NCBI RefSeq assembly: GCF_006345805.1
Contig: NW_021834079.1
Span: 1 to 26,409 of the forward strand
From: Octopus sinensis
Taxonomy: Eukaryota
Direction of reading: 5' to 3'
Length of the DNA stretch: 26,409 bases
The notes beneath the pieces are model-generated. The model made no database searches. It was not told the DNA's origin and saw only the letters and a program-made list of their open reading frames with translations. The position numbers and the translations under genes are program-made. Positions within the stretch are counted from its first letter, which is position 1; each line of letters opens with the position of its first letter. This document shows positions 21,684 through 26,409 of this stretch, piece by piece.

Positions 21684-22977
21684 TTAGGGTCAAACTACTA
21701 AGTAAAGTCAACAAACTAATAAATTCTCCCAGCGAGACGGAGGGAACAGCTGTTGCCACGCATGACAGCCAGCAGGATCCTCTGAATGGGAAAGTAAATT
21801 CCTAGGGTCCTTGACGCGAAAGAACAAAGATGTCCCAATTTCTTTAGGGAAGTGAGGGTCCCGGAGCAAAGACGCCGGAAGTCTCGACAACGATTGGCCA
21901 AAACCAAAAGTCATCCATCAAAGACTGATATTTCCGGCACTTCGAAAGCTCAGCCTTATTAGCACGAGACCCAGCAAGAGAGGCCGATTCGTTGATGAAA
22001 GACTTTGAGAAGGTATCCACACAAGTGGAATCCCAGACCAAAGGTCTCCCAGAATAAAACGAGAACAACGTAGAGCCGTCCGGCCTTTTCCCGTCACCAC
22101 GGTCGAGACCCTTAGGCTCAAGGACAGAAGGGTAGCCGGCCTTTTCGAGTGAGTCGAGAATGATTCTGTTAATCGCCGAATGGCGTGGAATACGACCGCG
22201 CTTTTCTTGCAGGAGAGGGCATGGAGCCCGTATACGTCCATAGTAGATCCGCACCGGCAGGGGTGGGGACTACAGATCGGAAGTCCGAGGCGGAGGCAAA
22301 TGCCAAAACGGAGGGCGTCGGAGTCAAGACAGGTGTCCAAATGGGTCGAAGGAAGGCAGTTAAGCCAAGAGCCAGAATGCGGTTGGCGGCTGGCACGGTA
22401 ACAAGCCAGTCTGTGCTGGTTCAGGAGAGCCTCCAACGAGTCCGCATGATGCTTACTAAGAATTTTATCCCATTCACGTTGGAGGGACCTATCAGAAGGG
22501 AACTCAAGCCCTTTTTCCTTCCAAAGCAAAGTGCAGAATTAATATCAGAGTCCAAACGAGATCCGGGCGATTTTCAAGAATCTTATGGACAAGAAGATAC
22601 ATCCTGAAGACGATGAAAGGAAAGCGGGAAGAGAAATGTCGAGAGCCGAGCGGAGCCCAAGCCCACCAAAAGGAACAGGAAGTTTGGCCTGACGCCAACC
22701 GACATCATCGAACTTGACGTTAAAAATAATCTCGGCTGAAGAACGCACCAGAGCGTCAAAAGACTCAAAGCAGAGGGAACAGAAAAGCAACAGGAACTCC
22801 TTAGGACATAATTGATCCTCGGAATCAAAAGAAAGTTTTTGAGGATAAAAAAAGCGGGATGGGATCGATGTCCACAAGTTTATCACAAAGAGAAGCAAGA
22901 GCATTTCTCTTGGAATCGAGAATACGAGAGACCGATTGGTGGTGGATCGGGGCACCCAGGATTTCAAGTTCAGAATA

Positions 22978-24916
22978 TGTCACGAGCCTAGTCGTTACGA
23001 GCTAGGTCGTGACATTTCGCTTATGTTTCTATAAAGATTAAAAATTAATTATCGCTGAGCCTAATAAAATTATTCTTAATATTTAAAATTAATCTTATTA
23101 ATTAAAACAAAATATCCGGATAATTATACATCCGTAATTGTAATATACATATAAACGCGTGTTTTTTCTGTGTTACCTATGTCGCGTTCTTTTGTAAAAG
23201 ATATGGATGAGTATCGATTGCTTGAAAAAGTTTTAACTGGACAAAATATTGAAAATCAATCGAGGCAAAAAGTTTACTCCCTTAAAAAGAAAGCTGAAAA
23301 GTTCATTTTAATCAATGGAAGAATATACCTTAAACAGCCGTGTGGAAATCACAAATTAGTGATTTCGACGGACAACGTTGACGAGATGAAATTGGTGGCT
23401 AGCCAAATTCATCTCGTTTCGCATTGTGGACATAACACTCTTGAGAACATGTGCCATGAAAGATATTTCACTGTAAAACGACAAATAATCCGAAAAATTG
23501 TTGCCGATTGTGAAATTTGCAAATTTTCAACTCCCTTGAAAGTAGGGGGGAAGAGAAAATCATGTGATTGCAATCGTCCCAATGAAAAATTCCAGATGGA
23601 CTTAATTGATCTGAAGAGGTATCAATTTTTGTATTATATAATAAAGATTTAAACAAACAAATGAAACTATAGCAGGCTTAACGGCTTTTAACGGTTATTG
23701 ACGTCTACTCGAAGTTCGCATTCACTCGAAACTAAAACATAAAGCGGAATTGACGTTGCTGAAAATCTCAAAAAAATTTTTCTACGTTTGGACGTGTCCA
23801 TATTTGCAATCGGATAATGAAACTGAATTCAAAAATCCACATGTGACTGCATGTGTGAATCTTTCAACATTCAACAGATACACAGTAGGCCAAACAATCC
23901 CAGAAGTCAAGGATCATCGAGCGTTTTAACCAAACGGTTACCAGGTCGCTATCTAAAATGATGGCTAATGATGAAGATAAGTGTGGACGAAGTATATAGA
24001 TTGAAGCTGTTTATTTTAATTAAAGTAAACATTCTTCTACTGGTTTTCTTAAAAATTATTCATTTTAGGAGATTCCCCATTTCATAGATATCGTGGGATT
24101 AGAGGATCGAACAACTTCATTCCTGAAAAGACATGAGATGAAGAGTGACAATTCAGATGGTTAGTTAAAATTCGCAATATATAGAATAGATTCGAAAAAC
24201 ATAGAATTTTCTTTCAACTTTCCGCACACCGATGTGACATCTCCATATTCCAAAAAAATGAACCAGGAGAAGGGGTGTTCATCGGTCAAAATATTCATTT
24301 AATTGGAGATAAGGTAAAACTCAAATTATTCTAAATTGTAGATAAGGATCAAAAAGGATTATGGTACCAATCCTTCACTGCACTCAAAAAATTGAAAGTC
24401 CATACGGAGAAGTTTGTACAATAACTGAAATCCTGCGCATAATATGGTCAGAGTTCAAATGGATGAGGGAACTACTAAGAAGACACTCATGAAAAGAATT
24501 AAAAAAATTTAAATAACATAATTGATTGTTTTGTTAATAAAAAAATTCAAAACCTAATTAGCAGAGAAACATTCATGACCGAACATTCAAATAGACAAAA
24601 TTTCGAATAAAAATACATTTTCTGCGTATTTTTCTAATTTAAAGCATTTTGAATTTTCTTATTTGAAAAAAATAGCAATTCATAAATTAAAATATTATTT
24701 TAGTTCGGGAATCGTTTTTAAAGCACGGTCTAGTTGGCAATTTTTTAAATTCTATCATCGAAAAATATTGGCATCCAATTCCATTTTTAGTATTTGTCAT
24801 TTTATAATATTTATTTGACAAAGTCGATTTGAAATTGAATTCAAATATTTTTTGAATTTTTTTTCTAAGTCCATAAGGTAACGACCTAGGCTCGGTAACG
24901 ACCTAGGCTCGTGACA
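22978..24916 (+). mobile_element. Ginger2/TDD-type DNA transposon, 1939 bp
   Basis: ~37-39 bp TIRs TGTCACGAGCCTAG(G)TCGTTAC.. lie at 22978-23014 and 24878-24916. The 5-bp TSD GAATA lies at 22973-22977 and 24917-24921. It encodes a retroviral-type integrase and has no RT, RNase H or LTRs. Confidence 0.92.
23179..24512 (+). pseudogene. Ginger2 DDE integrase/transposase with four micro-introns and several frameshifts
   Basis: HHCC finger (HLVSHCG..CEIC), D1 in QMDLID, LTVIDVYSKF, D2 in QSDN, and E in IERFN 35 residues later after repairing two 1-nt shifts. Also HSSTG|DSPF and GDK|IRIKKDY. Introns: 23619-23646 (28), 24043-24068 (26), 24160-24189 (30), 24314-24341 (28). Confidence 0.85.
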
Positions 24917-25761
24917 GAATAAGAGGTCTGCCTCAGATCGGGCAAGAGGCCACGAAACTGGGCAAAAAGGTCTTCGAAGGTGAGGTCTTCGACGTTAAGA
25001 TTAACGATTTCAGATTTTAGAGAATTGATTTCAAGAACAATAGATGACAACGCCGGGGAGTAGAGATTGCAAGTCGTTTAGCAAAATGTCGGGCGGACCA
25101 CCAATAGTACAGTCGTCCAAATACCAAATATTAAGAGGGGGACGCAATCCTGCGGGCGACAAAGTCCACGAGAGGGCAAATAATAAAGGACCAAGGATCG
25201 CCTTGCTGTACGCCACAGGAAGACGAAAGAAAGAATCGCAGCAACCAAGAGGCTCGGGTTTACCATAAGAAAGAAAAAATGAAGGGGCAGCAGCAGAGAA
25301 GGAAATTCTGGCACCTTGCAAACCTCAAGAAGATGCTTTCTATTGAGCGAATTGAAAGCGTTCTTCACATCCAATTTAATAATAACTGGGGCCGCTCTGA
25401 GAGACGAGCCGATTCAATGAAAACACGGGCAGGTGGACCGAGGCCTCGCACCCACCAGGTACCCCCACACCCAACTGAATGGGCTGGAGTCGTCGCTAAT
25501 AGGAGGAATTACAAGCTTGCATCCGACCTTTGCAAACAAGCGACGAAAAACGTTTCCCGACGGCAATAGGTCTGATGCCGCCGTCTTCTCCCCAAAGCAG
25601 ACAGGTTCGCAGAGAAGAAAAAATTGAAAACTTAAGTTATTTCAATTTTAATTTAAAATCATGTTAAAATTTAAAATAATTAATAAATATATTTGTTGAT
25701 GATAGGCTTGTTAGGTGTCAAAGTTGCGTCTAGCGCTCGGTCGCGCGCTGCGCTCGCGACA

Positions 25762-26409
25762 TAATAGATTGAGTTATATATTTTCCAATGGAGAGGTCCT
25801 GAAATGTTGGGATATGGAGCTACGTCTTGAAATTTTTGTAAAAATTATCTGTAACATATTATGCAATTTGGGAGATAGAGGGTGTCGGATGTGGGGGATT
25901 TAAGGGTACTTGAGATTATGTAATAAATTGCGTAAATCAACTACAATTTAAGAGGTCTCAGATGTGTGAATAAGGGGGTAGTTGAGATGTGTAATAAATG
26001 CCATAATATATTACGTAATTTTTGGAGGTCCTATATGTAAAGATATATGGGTTCTTGAGATTATGTACTAAATTGTGTTATATACTTCTCCAATTTAGAG
26101 AGGTTTCTTAATTTTAGGACATGGGGGGTTGGTAATTGAGATTATATCATAATTGAGTAAATTTATATTATGCAATATGGTGAGTTTGCAGAATGTAAGG
26201 ATATGGGGGTGGGTACTAATTAAAATTATGTAATAAATTGCGTAAAATTTGAATTTGGAGAATTTCCAGGATGGAGGATATATTGGTTCTGAGATTATTT
26301 AATAGATTGCGTTATATTTTCAATTGGAGAGGGTCCCTAAATGTTGGAGATATGGAGGTTACTTGAAATTTTTGTAATTAAATTATGTCCATATATGCAA
26401 TTTGTGAGA
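25762..26409. repeat. Continuation of the ~75-bp higher-order satellite to the window end
   Basis: Resumes in register within monomer G, then A-B-C-D-E-F-G-A, with more small indels than the left block. Confidence 0.9.

Larger units (their letters stand above)
21651..25625 (-). mobile_element. 5'-truncated CRE-clade retrotransposon (copy D) with poly(A) tail and TSD, split by Ginger
   Basis: T32 lies at 21651-21682. TSD GAAAACTTAAG(TT) lies at 21640-21650 and 25626-25636. RT has LDVKNAFNSL, GPLLFAL and WYLDD. The 3' part has CRCGSTMDVYGLHALSC, RGDGKRPDG, VWDSTC, KCRKY and VETSG. The frame rejoins across Ginger as RQTSYS-ELEILGAPI. Confidence 0.93.
21187..25761. mobile_element. Non-autonomous TIR element (~590 bp once the nested CRE is removed), TGT..ACA termini
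   Basis: 23-bp TIRs TGTCGCGAGCGCAGCGAGCGACC (21187-21209) and GGTCGCGCGCTGCGCTCGCGACA (25739-25761) differ by one mismatch. The 5-bp TSD TAATA lies at 21182-21186 and 25762-25766. The satellite G monomer rejoins across the insertion. Confidence 0.9.

Noticed and set aside
21187-25761. LTR retrotransposon (TG..CA ends, 5-bp TSD, integrase)
   Set aside because: The ends are inverted rather than direct repeats. The RT inside is a non-LTR CRE type on the opposite strand with its own TSD, and the integrase lies in a separate TIR element.
17189-26409. CRISPR-like regular repeats
   Set aside because: There are no unique spacers. The whole monomer repeats in fixed higher-order order, and the context is eukaryotic with no cas genes.

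Overview
This is eukaryotic, AT-rich nuclear DNA: three host genes embedded in a dense field of transposable elements and satellite. It contains no prokaryotic system, rRNA, tRNA or CRISPR array. The host genes are a CDK11/PITSLRE kinase, a frameshifted LRR gene cut by an R4/Dong-like retroelement, and a NuMA/Hook-type CH-domain coiled-coil gene. Together with a transposase gene and a relic, they carry 16 GT-AG introns of only 22-31 nt (mean about 26). This suggests a micro-intron animal such as a dicyemid mesozoan (inference). Mobile DNA includes several divergent CRE-clade non-LTR elements, two of them with an N-terminal PHD finger. There are also RTE, R4 and I/Jockey-type LINE pieces, a hAT (Buster-type) relic, a possible Merlin relic and Ginger2/TDD-type integrase transposons. 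From 17189 the window is a higher-order satellite of ~75-bp monomers in 7-mer and 6-mer units. It is interrupted by a triple nest in which every layer has its own target-site duplication (TSD): a ~590-bp TGT..ACA MITE (TSD TAATA) holds a poly(A)-tailed CRE (TSD GAAAACTTAAG), which holds a 1939-bp Ginger2 element (TSD GAATA) whose integrase gene has four micro-introns. All translations, splice calls and coordinates were read by hand. Many frameshifts lie in homopolymers and may be assembly errors.
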